A stretch of DNA of 64,000 bases, taken from positions 3,360,001 through 3,424,000 of the forward strand of contig OY969695.1 in assembly GCA_963701965.1 (NCBI GenBank). The letters are read 5' to 3'. The stretch's first letter is position 1, and each line of letters opens with the position of its first letter. This document shows, piece by piece, positions 9,805 to 19,148 of the stretch. Source of the stretch: an uncultured Gemmatimonadales bacterium. GTDB taxonomy: Bacteria > Gemmatimonadota > Gemmatimonadetes > Gemmatimonadales > Gemmatimonadaceae. The position numbers and the translations under genes are program-made. The notes below the pieces were generated by a model. It saw only the letters and a program-made list of their open reading frames with translations. It was not told where the DNA came from and made no database searches.

Positions 9805-11059
9805 CTAGTGTGGAGTCGGTGACGCACGGCAACGTGAACCCAATGGTGGCACCACGATCCGGATTGCTGCGGCAGAAGATGGTGCCCCCGTGCATCTCGA
9901 CGATCGAGCGGCAGATCGGCAGGCCCATGCCCAGGCCGCGCGGCTTGGTCGTGAAAAAGGGCTCGAACAGGCGCGGCATGTCCTCGGCCGCGATACCGCG
10001 TCCCGCGTCGCGCACGGCGAGCTCAATGTGCGTCGCGTCGGAGCGCTGGGCGGTCAACAGCACCCCGCCCGCCGGCGGACCATTATCGCTGGGAAGGGCA
10101 TCGAAGGCGTTGAGCAGAAGATTGAGCAACACCTGCTGGAGTTGCACGCGGTCGCCGCGCACTGGAGGCAGACCGGGCGCGACGTCGACGCGGAGCGTCA
10201 CGCGTCGGGTCGCGGCCTCGTGCTGGACGAGATGGATGGTTTCGGCGACCAATTCGTCCGGATAGAGCGGCACGCGCTCGACGGCCGCCCGCCGGAACAA
10301 CGCCCGCATGCGCGCAATGATCTGATGCGCCCGACTGTCTTCGGCGGCGATCCGGCGCACAATGTCCCGGACGCGCTCGACATTCGGGGGATCGGCATCG
10401 AGAAACAACGACCCGGCCTCGGCACTGGCGAGGATGGCGCCCAACGGTTGATTGAGCTCGTGGGCCAGCGACGCGGCCAGCTCGCCCAGTGTGGTCACCC
10501 GGGCCACGTGGACCAGCTCGGCCCCGTGCTGTTGCGCGAGGTGCTCCGCGCGCACGCGGCCAAGGGCGTTGCCGATCAGATCGCCCATCGTGCGCACGAC
10601 GTCGGTCGCGAGGCGCCGCCGCGGCCACCGCACCGTCGCGCTGCCGAGCGCCAGCAGCGTCGGGTTGGGCCACGTGGGGAGTCCGACGACCACGGCGGAC
10701 CGCATGCCCCAGCCCGCGAACGTGTCGCGGTCGTCACGGGCGCCCACCGGCAGGCGACTCACATCCGGGATGCGGATCACGCCGTCGGGCAGCGCGCGCA
10801 TGGTGTGATGCGTCAACCGCGCGTCACGCGCGTCGCCGCTCCCCGGCCGCCGAGGGATCGATCAATGGACGGACGTGACGCGCAGTCGATCGGGTGCGTA
10901 CGTCACGAGCGACGCGGACTCGGCTTCGAGCGCGGCCACGGCGTGCTTCAGGATGTGCGCGGTCGCCATGTCCGCACTGGATGCGCCTGTTCGGACATGC
11001 ACCGACGACACGGCGCGGCCGAGTGTGTTGACAATCGACCGCCAGGACGGGCCCGGCAT
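9767..11059 (-). pseudogene. FixL/NodV-like GAF sensor histidine kinase interrupted by an in-frame TGA at 10862-10864
   Basis: ORFs 10862..11122 and 9767..10816 are in the same frame and separated only by TGA (SVH*SIPRRPG); H-box LAHELNQPL, N-box QQVLLNLLLNA, G-boxes FFTTK..GLGMGL. Confidence 0.7.
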
Positions 11060-11110
11060 CCAGACGCAAATATGCAAGATCGCATCCGCGGCTCGTCCGA
11101 CCGGCGTATG

Positions 11111-11151
11111 ACCTTGGGGCAACGGCGTGACACGCGCCAGTGCGCTATTGT
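11111..11151 (+). promoter_or_regulatory. ACCTTGGG box + TATTGT -10 element
   Basis: Box 11111-11118, 27-nt gap, -10 at 11146-11151, GTG at 11158. Confidence 0.55.
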
Positions 11152-11157
11152 GCAGGC

Positions 11158-11820
11158 GTGTCGAATGCGCGGGTGGCGGTCATCGAGGATGACCGCGCGG
11201 TACGCGACTCGGTCGCGGACATGCTGATGGGCGTGGGCTACCGCGTATCGGCATTCGGGTCGGCGGAGGAGTTTCTGGCTTGCGACAATGCGCCGGACGG
11301 GACGGTGAGCTGTCTCGTGGTCGACGTGCACCTGCCCGCGGCCAGCGGCGTGGAACTGCAGCGGCGGTTGGTGGCCCGGGGGCGCGCCGTCCCGACTGTT
11401 TTCGTCACGGGATACGATGACGTCCCCACGACCGTGGCGGCAATGAAAGGCGGCGCCATCGACTTTTTGCTCAAACCCGTCTCCGCGTCCGCGCTGCTGA
11501 GCGCCGTGCGATCGGCGGTGGAGCAGGGGGCGCTCACGCTGGGCGATTCGCGGGTCACCGCCAATGCCGCGCACCGTCTGGCCCGCCTCACGCCGCGCGA
11601 GCGCGAGGTGTTCACGTTGGTCAGTCGCGGGTTGCTCAACAAGCAGATCGCCGCGCAACTCGGTGTGTCGATGGCCACCGTGAAAGCGCACCGGGGCCGC
11701 CTCACCCGCAAACTTTCCGTGTCGACGGTCGCGGATCTCGTCCGTCTGGCGGATCGCGTCAGTCTCGCGCTCGCGCACGTCGACCTAGGTGGAATGGCCG
11801 CAGACGCTATCCCCGCGTAG
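11158..11820 (+). CDS. FixJ/NodW/StyR-family response regulator (REC + LuxR HTH)
   Basis: VIEDD, CLVVDVHLP, AMKGGAIDFLLKP, LTPREREV...GLLNKQIA..LG.S.ATVKAHR. Confidence 0.92.
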   Translation: MSNARVAVIEDDRAVRDSVADMLMGVGYRVSAFGSAEEFLACDNAPDGTVSCLVVDVHLPAASGVELQRRLVARGRAVPTVFVTGYDDVPTTVAAMKGGAIDFLLKPVSASALLSAVRSAVEQGALTLGDSRVTANAAHRLARLTPREREVFTLVSRGLLNKQIAAQLGVSMATVKAHRGRLTRKLSVSTVADLVRLADRVSLALAHVDLGGMAADAIPA

Positions 11821-11823
11821 TCT
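11783..11823 (+). promoter_or_regulatory. ACCTAGGT box + TAGTCT -10 element
   Basis: Box 11783-11790, 27-nt gap, -10 at 11818-11823, ATG at 11833. Confidence 0.6.
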
Positions 11824-11832
11824 GTCTCCAGA

Positions 11833-12195
11833 ATGTTGGTCGGGATCGTGGAAGATGACGTAGGAATGCGTCAGGGACTCTCGTGGCTGCTATCGGCCGC
11901 CCGGTTCAATGTCGTGGCGTTCTCGTCAGCAGAGGAGTTCCTGCAGCGCAGCCAAGCGGAGCGGATCGACTGCTTGGTGCTCAATGTGCGCCTGCCGGCC
12001 ATGGACGGGTTGGCGTTGCGCCGCACGCTACGCGAACGGGGGGATCAAATGCCGACAGTGTTGATCAGCGGGCATGACGACAATGCGACGCGGGAACGGT
12101 TTCGCCGCGCAGGCATCACACGGTGGTTGCGCAAGCCATTCGACGGGCAAACCCTCATCGATGCGGTGCATGATGCCATCGGCAATCTTACGTAA
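11833..12195 (+). CDS. Single-domain response regulator with Asn at the phosphoacceptor position
   Basis: VEDD, CLVL-N-VRLP (AAT codon), ISG, KPF. Confidence 0.85.
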   Translation: MLVGIVEDDVGMRQGLSWLLSAARFNVVAFSSAEEFLQRSQAERIDCLVLNVRLPAMDGLALRRTLRERGDQMPTVLISGHDDNATRERFRRAGITRWLRKPFDGQTLIDAVHDAIGNLT

Positions 12196-12712
12196 GACTC
12201 ATGGTGTCGCAGGCCTGCTCGGCCTTGCCCTGGCGAGCGCACCGGCACTGGCGCAGGCGTCGTTTCTCATCGGACTGGGCGGCGCGTTTCCGGCGGGCGG
12301 CATCGCCAGCCGCATCGATCCCACGTTCGCGGGGCTGCTCGGCGTGGAGATCCAGGGGAAGGAGATGCCGGTTGGTCTGCGCATCGACGACACGTACGCC
12401 CAGTTCACAGGGCCGAACGGATGGGCGGCGATCGACGGCATCACGTTCGGCGGGGTGTTCGGGGAAAAACACCCGGGCAAGCTCGAGCCGTACGCCATCG
12501 CCGGCCTTGGTCCGTATTACGTGACTGGGTCGGCGCTGGGGGCGTCGTTCGCCGGGTATCGCTCGAGCTGGGTCTTCGGCATGAATGCTGGCGGCGGGAT
12601 CAAGTACGGCGGCCGCTTTGCCGTGTTTCTCGAAGCGCGATACCATCTCATGTTCCAGGGTGGCCAGGTCCTGCAGTACATCCCGGTCATGGTCGGGATC
12701 TCCCTACGTTAG
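12170..12712 (+). CDS. Outer membrane beta-barrel protein
   Basis: Signal peptide ending ALA-Q; PYAIAGLG.Y, FGMNAGGG, FLEARYH, IPVMVG. Start uncertain. Confidence 0.7.
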   Translation: MMPSAILRKTHGVAGLLGLALASAPALAQASFLIGLGGAFPAGGIASRIDPTFAGLLGVEIQGKEMPVGLRIDDTYAQFTGPNGWAAIDGITFGGVFGEKHPGKLEPYAIAGLGPYYVTGSALGASFAGYRSSWVFGMNAGGGIKYGGRFAVFLEARYHLMFQGGQVLQYIPVMVGISLR

Positions 12713-13611
12713 CGCCGCTCCAGCGCCGCGCGGTCCCAGGCGCCGAGCGAGGCCGCGGCATCGTAGGTCGACTGCCAGAAGTCGAGCAGGGCCGCGTCGG
12801 GATTCGCCGACGCGCGCACGGCTTCGTACGGCAAGACCCACTCGTGAAGCGTGGTATCGTATCGTCCCGCCGCCGGCAGGATTGGCGCTGTCGGACACCC
12901 CGAGGGCTCGGGATACGCGTAGGAGTAGAACGACGCATCATAGGCGCCGCCGCCCGGCCACCAGCCGGCGCTGGAGCATTCGTGCGAATAGGACTCGCGC
13001 GTGACGCGGTCGGCGAGATGGGGAATGCCTCCCGGATGCGGTGGCGCCGCGCGTCCGGAGAATCGCGTGCAGGCGAGGTCGAAACTGCCCCAAAAGAAGT
13101 GCACGGGGCTGCACTTTCCGATGAACCGCCCCCGAAATGCGCTGAGCACACGGTCGGCCTGCGCGAGGCCGCGCCAAAATCGCGTGGCGTGTTCCGCGTC
13201 GTACGCGGCGTGGGTCTCGTCGTCGGGAAAGGGGATCGCCACCTCGACCTCGACGGGATGGGGCCAGATGTGAACCCGCAGCTTGAGATCCCGCAAGATC
13301 GACGTGTACTCGGCATAGAAATCGGCCACGGATCGCGGCGCCAACGCCATCAGGCGCTCGTCGTCATTCGTCCGCATCGCCAGCACGTGGTCCACGAGAT
13401 CGAACTCGACCTCGAGAATACGCCGGCCGGCCGGCATCGCCGATGTCGTCAGGCCACGCGCCGAGACGTAGAGGGGCACCTGCCACCAGTGATTCACCAT
13501 CGGCGCGAGCGCCAGGCGCGTCTTTCCGATAATCTGTGTCCAGAGATGTAGCGTGTCCTTCGTGTCCTGCCACTCGGCCAACGGGAGGGCCGGCCACTGG
13601 TCGCTTGCCAT
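12709..13611 (-). CDS. DUF5996 family protein
   Basis: WP.LP...W..T..TLHLW.QI.GK, NHWW.V.LY, SPVHFFWGSFDLA.TRFSGR, YSHE.SS.G.WPG. Confidence 0.9.
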   Translation of the reverse strand: MASDQWPALPLAEWQDTKDTLHLWTQIIGKTRLALAPMVNHWWQVPLYVSARGLTTSAMPAGRRILEVEFDLVDHVLAMRTNDDERLMALAPRSVADFYAEYTSILRDLKLRVHIWPHPVEVEVAIPFPDDETHAAYDAEHATRFWRGLAQADRVLSAFRGRFIGKCSPVHFFWGSFDLACTRFSGRAAPPHPGGIPHLADRVTRESYSHECSSAGWWPGGGAYDASFYSYAYPEPSGCPTAPILPAAGRYDTTLHEWVLPYEAVRASANPDAALLDFWQSTYDAAASLGAWDRAALERR

Positions 13612-13633
13612 GCCCTAAGATAAAGGAGAGGCG

Positions 13634-14137
13634 ATGTCGATGACCGAGCTGTTTCTTGCCGAGTTGGACCGCGAGTCCCCGGGCACCCGGCGCGCGCTGG
13701 AGCGCTTCCCTGATGGTCGCGGCGACTGGAGGCCGCACGAGAAGTCCATGCCGCTCGGCCGCTTGGCCGCTCTGGTCGCCAGCATGCCGGCGTGGACGGC
13801 GTCGATGATCGGCGAAGCCGAGCTCAATGTCACGAAGGGCGGCGGGTCACAGGCGGTGCCGGCGACCAGCCGCGAGCTGGTCGACTTGCACGAGCGCAGC
13901 GTCGCGACGGCGCGCGAGTTCTTGTCCAAGACCACGGACGCCCACCTGCTGACAACGTGGCGACTCGTGGCCAACGGTCGCGTGGTGAGCGAGCAGCCCC
14001 GCCATATCGCGTTGCGCGATGGCCTGTTCAATCACTTGGCCCACCACCGGGGCCAGCTCACCGTGTATCTGCGCCTGATCGGCGCGTCGGTCCCCTCCAT
14101 CTACGGGCCCTCAGCCGACGAAGGACACTTCGGCTGA
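13634..14137 (+). CDS. DinB family protein
   Basis: AAGGAG RBS; WRPHEKSM.LG.LA, NHLAHHRGQL.VYLR, YGPSADE. Confidence 0.9.
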   Translation: MSMTELFLAELDRESPGTRRALERFPDGRGDWRPHEKSMPLGRLAALVASMPAWTASMIGEAELNVTKGGGSQAVPATSRELVDLHERSVATAREFLSKTTDAHLLTTWRLVANGRVVSEQPRHIALRDGLFNHLAHHRGQLTVYLRLIGASVPSIYGPSADEGHFG

Positions 14138-14152
14138 GGGCGACATAGTCGA

Positions 14153-16108
14153 TCAGCGCGACGCCGTGAGGGCCGGCTTTTTCACCACCGTTACCGTGAC
14201 CGACGACGGATACAGCTTCGAGTGGTGCACGGCGTTGTGGGCGACCAGACCTGAGGTCTCGTCGTAGTTGTGCCCACCGGTGTTCAGGTTGCGGTCGAAC
14301 CGCGGGAAGTTGCTGCTCGACACTTCGATGCGGAGCTTATGGCCCGCTTCGAGGTAGTCGCTGGTGTTCATCGGGCCCAGAGCCACCTTGTACACCTTGC
14401 CGGGCTCCATCAAGACCTGCTTGTCATACCCCTCGCGATATCGGACGCGCTGAATCGTCTCGTCGAGGTTGTAGGCGCGGCCGTCGGGAAAGACGTCGAT
14501 CAACTTGATGGTGAAATCCGTGTCTTTGCGGTCCGATGACACGTAGAGATTTACCGAGATGGGGCCACTCACTTCCGTACCGGTCGTGAACGCGTCCGTC
14601 GTGTAGACCAGGATGTCGGGGTGCGCCTCCTCCATCTTCCGCTGATCATACGACCCCGACGTCACGCCCGGCTGGCAGCACCCGTTGCCGCCATACGACG
14701 GCACGGGGTTCATGGGATCGTAGGTGAAGCCGTCGGGCTTGTCGGCGGTCGGACCTTTTTGCGACAACGACCCGCCGTCCGAGAGATAGAACGTGAGCGG
14801 CGACGCGCCCTTCGGGGGCCAGCTGTCCGACGACTGCCACTTGTTGAGGCCCATCGTATAGTAGCGCACCTTGGGCAGCGTATCGAGCAAGTGGTTGTTG
14901 GCGCCGTTCAGGAAGTGATCGAACCAGCTGTAGACCAGCGAGTCGTACCCATAGCGCGCATCGCCCACCCAACGCTCGCCGACGACCGTCGAATCCGTCG
15001 CCCGCTTGTACGAGCAGTGCTGGACGGGCGCGATGATCGCGTACTGGTTGTTGGCGATCTCCGGAGCCGCCGTCTTCCGGACGTGATTGAAGAGCTCGAG
15101 ATTCGGGCTGATCGACACGTCGTACCACGACATGAACCACAAGCTCGGCACCTTGAACGGCATGTCGTCGTGATACAATCCCCCGCGATACCACGCGGAG
15201 TCGTTCGGCGTGCGTTGGATCATGCGGCCGCCCGTTGCGATGCCCTTGACCGAGTCGGCGAAGATGCCGGGCGGGCCGTCGATGGCCTTGAAGATGTCCT
15301 GCTCGGGCAGATGCTTGAACGCCTCCATCCAATCGACCTTCGGGGCCGCCGGCGCCAGGTCGTAGTACTTCGCCGCGTAGTCGAGGTCGGCCTGCGACGT
15401 GCCCGGCGGGAACTTCGGCCGGACGTTCGGCGTCTGCTCCCCATACAGCCAGTCGATGAAGAGCATCTGGACCGCGCCGCCGCGATACCAGTTGCCTTGC
15501 TCGTAGAACGGACCCACCCGACCGACGCCGGCGCCGAAGCCCTGCGGCACCATCGCCGCGTGTCCCGGCGCGCCGAGCGCCGCGACACCCATCTGCCACT
15601 CGGCGGTCGAGGAACAGCCCAGCGTGCCCAGCTTGCCGTTCGACCACGGTTGCGAGTTGATCCACTTGATCGCGTCGTACCCGTCGGTCCGCGGCGGGCC
15701 CAGGATGTCCCACGTGCCCTCAGACCAGAACTTGCCCCGCTCGTTCTGCCCGACATAGGCATAGCCGCGCTTCACGGCGTCCAGGATCGCCGTCGCGTCG
15801 CGCGGGACGCCGTTCCGGACATCGAAGTAGTTGAAATTGTACGGAGTCCGAACGAAGATCGTCGCCGATTTCCCGTCCGGTCCGATCGGATGCTTCGGGC
15901 GGTAGATGTCGGTCGAGAGTCGCACCCCGTCGCGCATCGGGACCATCACCTTGTGCTCGATGATGGCCACGGACTCCAACTCCTTGTACGTGGCTTCCCA
16001 CTGAGCCATCTGCTGCGGGGTCGGCCCCGGTCGCCCCTGGGCGGCGGTCGTGCGGACCGCGGCGAAAAGGCCGGCAACGAGGAACAGGTGGCGCGCGGTG
16101 CGATGCAT
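14153..16108 (-). CDS. CocE/NonD family serine hydrolase (secreted)
   Basis: Signal peptide; [42 protein letters not shown]. Confidence 0.92.
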   Translation of the reverse strand: MHRTARHLFLVAGLFAAVRTTAAQGRPGPTPQQMAQWEATYKELESVAIIEHKVMVPMRDGVRLSTDIYRPKHPIGPDGKSATIFVRTPYNFNYFDVRNGVPRDATAILDAVKRGYAYVGQNERGKFWSEGTWDILGPPRTDGYDAIKWINSQPWSNGKLGTLGCSSTAEWQMGVAALGAPGHAAMVPQGFGAGVGRVGPFYEQGNWYRGGAVQMLFIDWLYGEQTPNVRPKFPPGTSQADLDYAAKYYDLAPAAPKVDWMEAFKHLPEQDIFKAIDGPPGIFADSVKGIATGGRMIQRTPNDSAWYRGGLYHDDMPFKVPSLWFMSWYDVSISPNLELFNHVRKTAAPEIANNQYAIIAPVQHCSYKRATDSTVVGERWVGDARYGYDSLVYSWFDHFLNGANNHLLDTLPKVRYYTMGLNKWQSSDSWPPKGASPLTFYLSDGGSLSQKGPTADKPDGFTYDPMNPVPSYGGNGCCQPGVTSGSYDQRKMEEAHPDILVYTTDAFTTGTEVSGPISVNLYVSSDRKDTDFTIKLIDVFPDGRAYNLDETIQRVRYREGYDKQVLMEPGKVYKVALGPMNTSDYLEAGHKLRIEVSSSNFPRFDRNLNTGGHNYDETSGLVAHNAVHHSKLYPSSVTVTVVKKPALTASR

Positions 16109-16229
16109 ACGTCGTGCTCCCGGATGTCTCAAAGTTGTCGACACAGTGTCAGTCTCCGGGCAAGCGCGCGAGACGCTCTGGACGTCCTGACCGAATGCGG
16201 ACATTCTCTATCGGATGCCCGGGGGTTCG

Positions 16230-16988
16230 ATGCCTGACCGCGTGCTGATAGCGACATCGGGAGCTGACAGTACCACGACAGCAGTGCGCATTGGGTGTTG
16301 GTATGCCGAACACCGGCACCTGCCGGTCGAGGCGTTCGCGGTGATCCAGCCCCTGCCATTGGAGGCGGAGACATCGGCCTCGGCGATCGACACCGCGGCG
16401 AATCTCATCCAAGAGAGCGTGGTCGCGAGCGTACGGGCACAGCTCGCCGTAGTCGCGCCGGCGAGGCCGGTGCCGATCGTGACGGAGGTCGGCATCCCGG
16501 GCGACGCGATCGCCGAGCGGGCCAATGCCGTTCATGCCGGGCTGGTGGTGTTGGGGCCGGAGGAGCACCGCCTGTTCGGCGGCAAGGTGGCTCTCACCGT
16601 GGTGCGCCGCGCCCGCGCGCCGGTGCTCGCGGTGGCCCCGGACGCGCAGGTCCGGATGACCGGGATTCTGATCGCCACGGATTTTGGGCCCGCGTCGGTG
16701 CGCGCGGCGCGTCTGGCGCTCGATCTCGCGGCCGACGACAGTCGGGTGCACATCGTTCACGTGGGTCAGACTCCCGCGAACGCGTTCTCCGATCTTAAAC
16801 TTGAGCCGCCACCGCGGGGCACGATCGAGACGCACCGGTTGGACGGCGACCCCGCGCGTCAAATCATCGCGTTCGCGCACGAAAAAGGAATCGACTTGAT
16901 CGCCCTCGGTACCAAAGGAAAAAGCCGCGTCGCGGAGTCCGTTTTGCGCGGCGCCGAATGCTCGGTGCTCATCGCCCCGCCCGAGTGA
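16230..16988 (+). CDS. Tandem universal stress protein
   Basis: Two USP domains: VLIAT..G.P...I...A, and ILIATDF..DLIALGT.G.S.VAESVLR.A.CSVL. Confidence 0.85.
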   Translation: MPDRVLIATSGADSTTTAVRIGCWYAEHRHLPVEAFAVIQPLPLEAETSASAIDTAANLIQESVVASVRAQLAVVAPARPVPIVTEVGIPGDAIAERANAVHAGLVVLGPEEHRLFGGKVALTVVRRARAPVLAVAPDAQVRMTGILIATDFGPASVRAARLALDLAADDSRVHIVHVGQTPANAFSDLKLEPPPRGTIETHRLDGDPARQIIAFAHEKGIDLIALGTKGKSRVAESVLRGAECSVLIAPPE

Positions 16989-18370
16989 ACGTCGAATTCT
17001 CCGGCGCCGCACAAGAAGTCACAGGGTCATGCCACATTCTGCGGGTGGCGGGACGCACTGTGCTCTTGGATTGCGGGATGTTCCAGGGCCACCGCCTGGA
17101 AGCCGATGCCAAGAACCGGCGCGTGCCGGTCCCGGTGGCGACCATCGACGCGATCGTCGTGTCGCACGCGCATCTCGATCACACGGGACGTCTGCCCTAT
17201 CTGGTGCACCAGGGCTACGCGGGTCCCATCTTCACGACGGCGGCCACGCGCGATATCTCGGTGGCACTGCTCGCCGACAGCGCGCACATCCAGGAGAGCG
17301 ACGCCGCGCACATCCAACGGCACGGGCGGGAGGCCGTCCAACCGCTCTACGACTCGAATGACGCGTCGCGCACCATCGAGCGCATGCAGCCGCGTCCGCT
17401 GGACGAATGGTTCGACGTCGTGCCCGGCCTACGCGCGCGCTACGGCGAGGCGGGGCATATCCTGGGCTCGGCGTCGGTGACGCTCGAGGCGACCGAACAA
17501 GGGGCCACGCGCCGGCTCATCTTCTCCGGCGACATTGGACGCTGGGGCCTCTCGATCATTCGCGATCCGGTGGCGCCGTCCGATGGCGCGCACATGGTCA
17601 TCATGGAGTCGACGTACGGGGACCGGGACCACGAGAGCGTGGCCCAGGCCCAGGAGCGCCTGGGCGATGTCGTGCGGGCGACGGCGGCGCGCGGCGGGCG
17701 CATCATGATTCCGGCGTTCGCGCTCGGCCGGGCGCAGGAGTTGATCTACGATCTGCACGCGCTGGCCCGCGCCGGCCGGATCCCGCACATCCCGATCGTC
17801 ATCGACAGCCCGCTGGCGAGCGCCGTCACCACGGTGTTCGAGAAGCATCCGGAACTCTACGACCGGACCGAGTCGATGGTCCGCGATGTGCCGCAGTTGT
17901 TCCAGTTCGACATGCTCCGCTACACCCACAGTACCGAGGAGTCCAAGGCGCTCAATACCGAGACCGTGCCGATGGTGATCATCGCCGGATCGGGCATGGC
18001 GGACTCGGGTCGCATTCTGCACCATCTGCTCCACGGCGCATCCGATCCCCGCAACACGGTACTCATCGTCGGATTCCAGGCCGAGCATACCATCGGGCGC
18101 CGCATCGTCGAGCACCGACCGACGCTCAAGATCTTCGACCAGCACGTGCCGCTCCGCGCCCAGGTCGAAGTCCTGAACGGGTACAGTGCCCACGCCGACC
18201 GCACCGAGCTGGCGAAGTGGCTCGACGCGGTGCACGCTGGCGCGCCGCAGTTGGCGCGCGTTTGCCTGGTGCATGGCGAGCCGCAGGCCCAGACATCGCT
18301 GATGGAGCGGTTCGCCGCCAAGGGGTACAAGGTGACCAACCCCGCGCCCGGTACCAAAATCGACGTTTAG
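16985..18370 (+). CDS. beta-CASP metallo-beta-lactamase-fold RNase
   Basis: GTGA overlap with USP; GAAQEVTGS, LDCGMFQG, SHAHLDHTG, AGHILGS, MESTYG, SAHAD, LVHGE. Confidence 0.93.
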   Translation: MNVEFSGAAQEVTGSCHILRVAGRTVLLDCGMFQGHRLEADAKNRRVPVPVATIDAIVVSHAHLDHTGRLPYLVHQGYAGPIFTTAATRDISVALLADSAHIQESDAAHIQRHGREAVQPLYDSNDASRTIERMQPRPLDEWFDVVPGLRARYGEAGHILGSASVTLEATEQGATRRLIFSGDIGRWGLSIIRDPVAPSDGAHMVIMESTYGDRDHESVAQAQERLGDVVRATAARGGRIMIPAFALGRAQELIYDLHALARAGRIPHIPIVIDSPLASAVTTVFEKHPELYDRTESMVRDVPQLFQFDMLRYTHSTEESKALNTETVPMVIIAGSGMADSGRILHHLLHGASDPRNTVLIVGFQAEHTIGRRIVEHRPTLKIFDQHVPLRAQVEVLNGYSAHADRTELAKWLDAVHAGAPQLARVCLVHGEPQAQTSLMERFAAKGYKVTNPAPGTKIDV

Positions 18371-18440
18371 CAGGGTGCCGAAAGAACGCACGCCTGCTAA
18401 ACGCGTCGGTTGAACTGAGCTCCGCCGCGCGGAGCTCTAA
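18367..18440. repeat. Two-hairpin REP/MITE-like intergenic element, copy 1
   Basis: Homologous to the reverse complement of 51353-51427; shares GTCGGTTGAACTGAGCTCCGC.GCGCGGAGCTCTA. Confidence 0.8.
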
Positions 18441-19120
18441 CGCTTCAAGAAATAGCCGGCGGAGCGAACCGTCAGGATATGCTCCGGCGCCAGAGGGTCG
18501 GTCTCGACCTTCTGGCGCAGGCCCACGATGTGCGTGTCGACGGTCCGGCTCACCGTGCCGGCGTTGTAGCCCCAGACCTCGCGCAGCAGCTCCGCGCGCG
18601 ACACGATGCGGCCGCTGTGGCGGATCAAGGCCAGCAGGAGATCATATTCTTTTGGCCGGAGCTCGATCTCGGCGCCATTGCGCCGGACGGTGCGCGTCGG
18701 CGGATAGATCTCCAGTTGGCCGATCCGGATCCAGCTCGCCGGCTCGTCCTGTCGGGCCTGGGCCCGGCGCAGGAGCGCCCGTACCCGGGCCACCAACTCC
18801 AGGATCCCGCACGGTTTCGTGACGTAGTCATCGCCCCCGAGGCCAAAGGCCCGCAGCTTGTCGGGTTCGTCCTTGCGCGCGGTCAGGACCAGCACGGGCA
18901 CATCGACCTGGGCGTCGCGGATCGCGCGCAGGACGTCGTATCCGTCGATGCCGGGCAACATGAGATCGAGGATGACGAGCGCTGGCGTCTGCTCATGCAG
19001 GAGCCGGAGGCCCGTGGCGCCCTCGTGCGCCACTACGACCTCGAACCCTTCGACCTCGAGGTTGTTGCGCAATCCCGCCGCGTAGCTCTGATTGTCTTCG
19101 ACGAGCAGTATCAGCGCCAT
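18437..19120 (-). CDS. OmpR-family response regulator
   Basis: LVEDN, LDLMLPG.DG, DDYVTKP, winged helix SRTVDTHI..LR.K, TVRS.GY. Confidence 0.95.
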   Translation of the reverse strand: MALILLVEDNQSYAAGLRNNLEVEGFEVVVAHEGATGLRLLHEQTPALVILDLMLPGIDGYDVLRAIRDAQVDVPVLVLTARKDEPDKLRAFGLGGDDYVTKPCGILELVARVRALLRRAQARQDEPASWIRIGQLEIYPPTRTVRRNGAEIELRPKEYDLLLALIRHSGRIVSRAELLREVWGYNAGTVSRTVDTHIVGLRQKVETDPLAPEHILTVRSAGYFLKR

Positions 19121-19148
19121 AGTGCTCGGGCCATATTGCCCGGAATAT

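Noticed and set aside
10862..10864. Selenocysteine or TGA=Trp recoding
   Set aside because: TGA is the normal stop in many genes here (ATGA/GTGA overlaps), the context is not a redox Cys site, and I saw no convincing SECIS.
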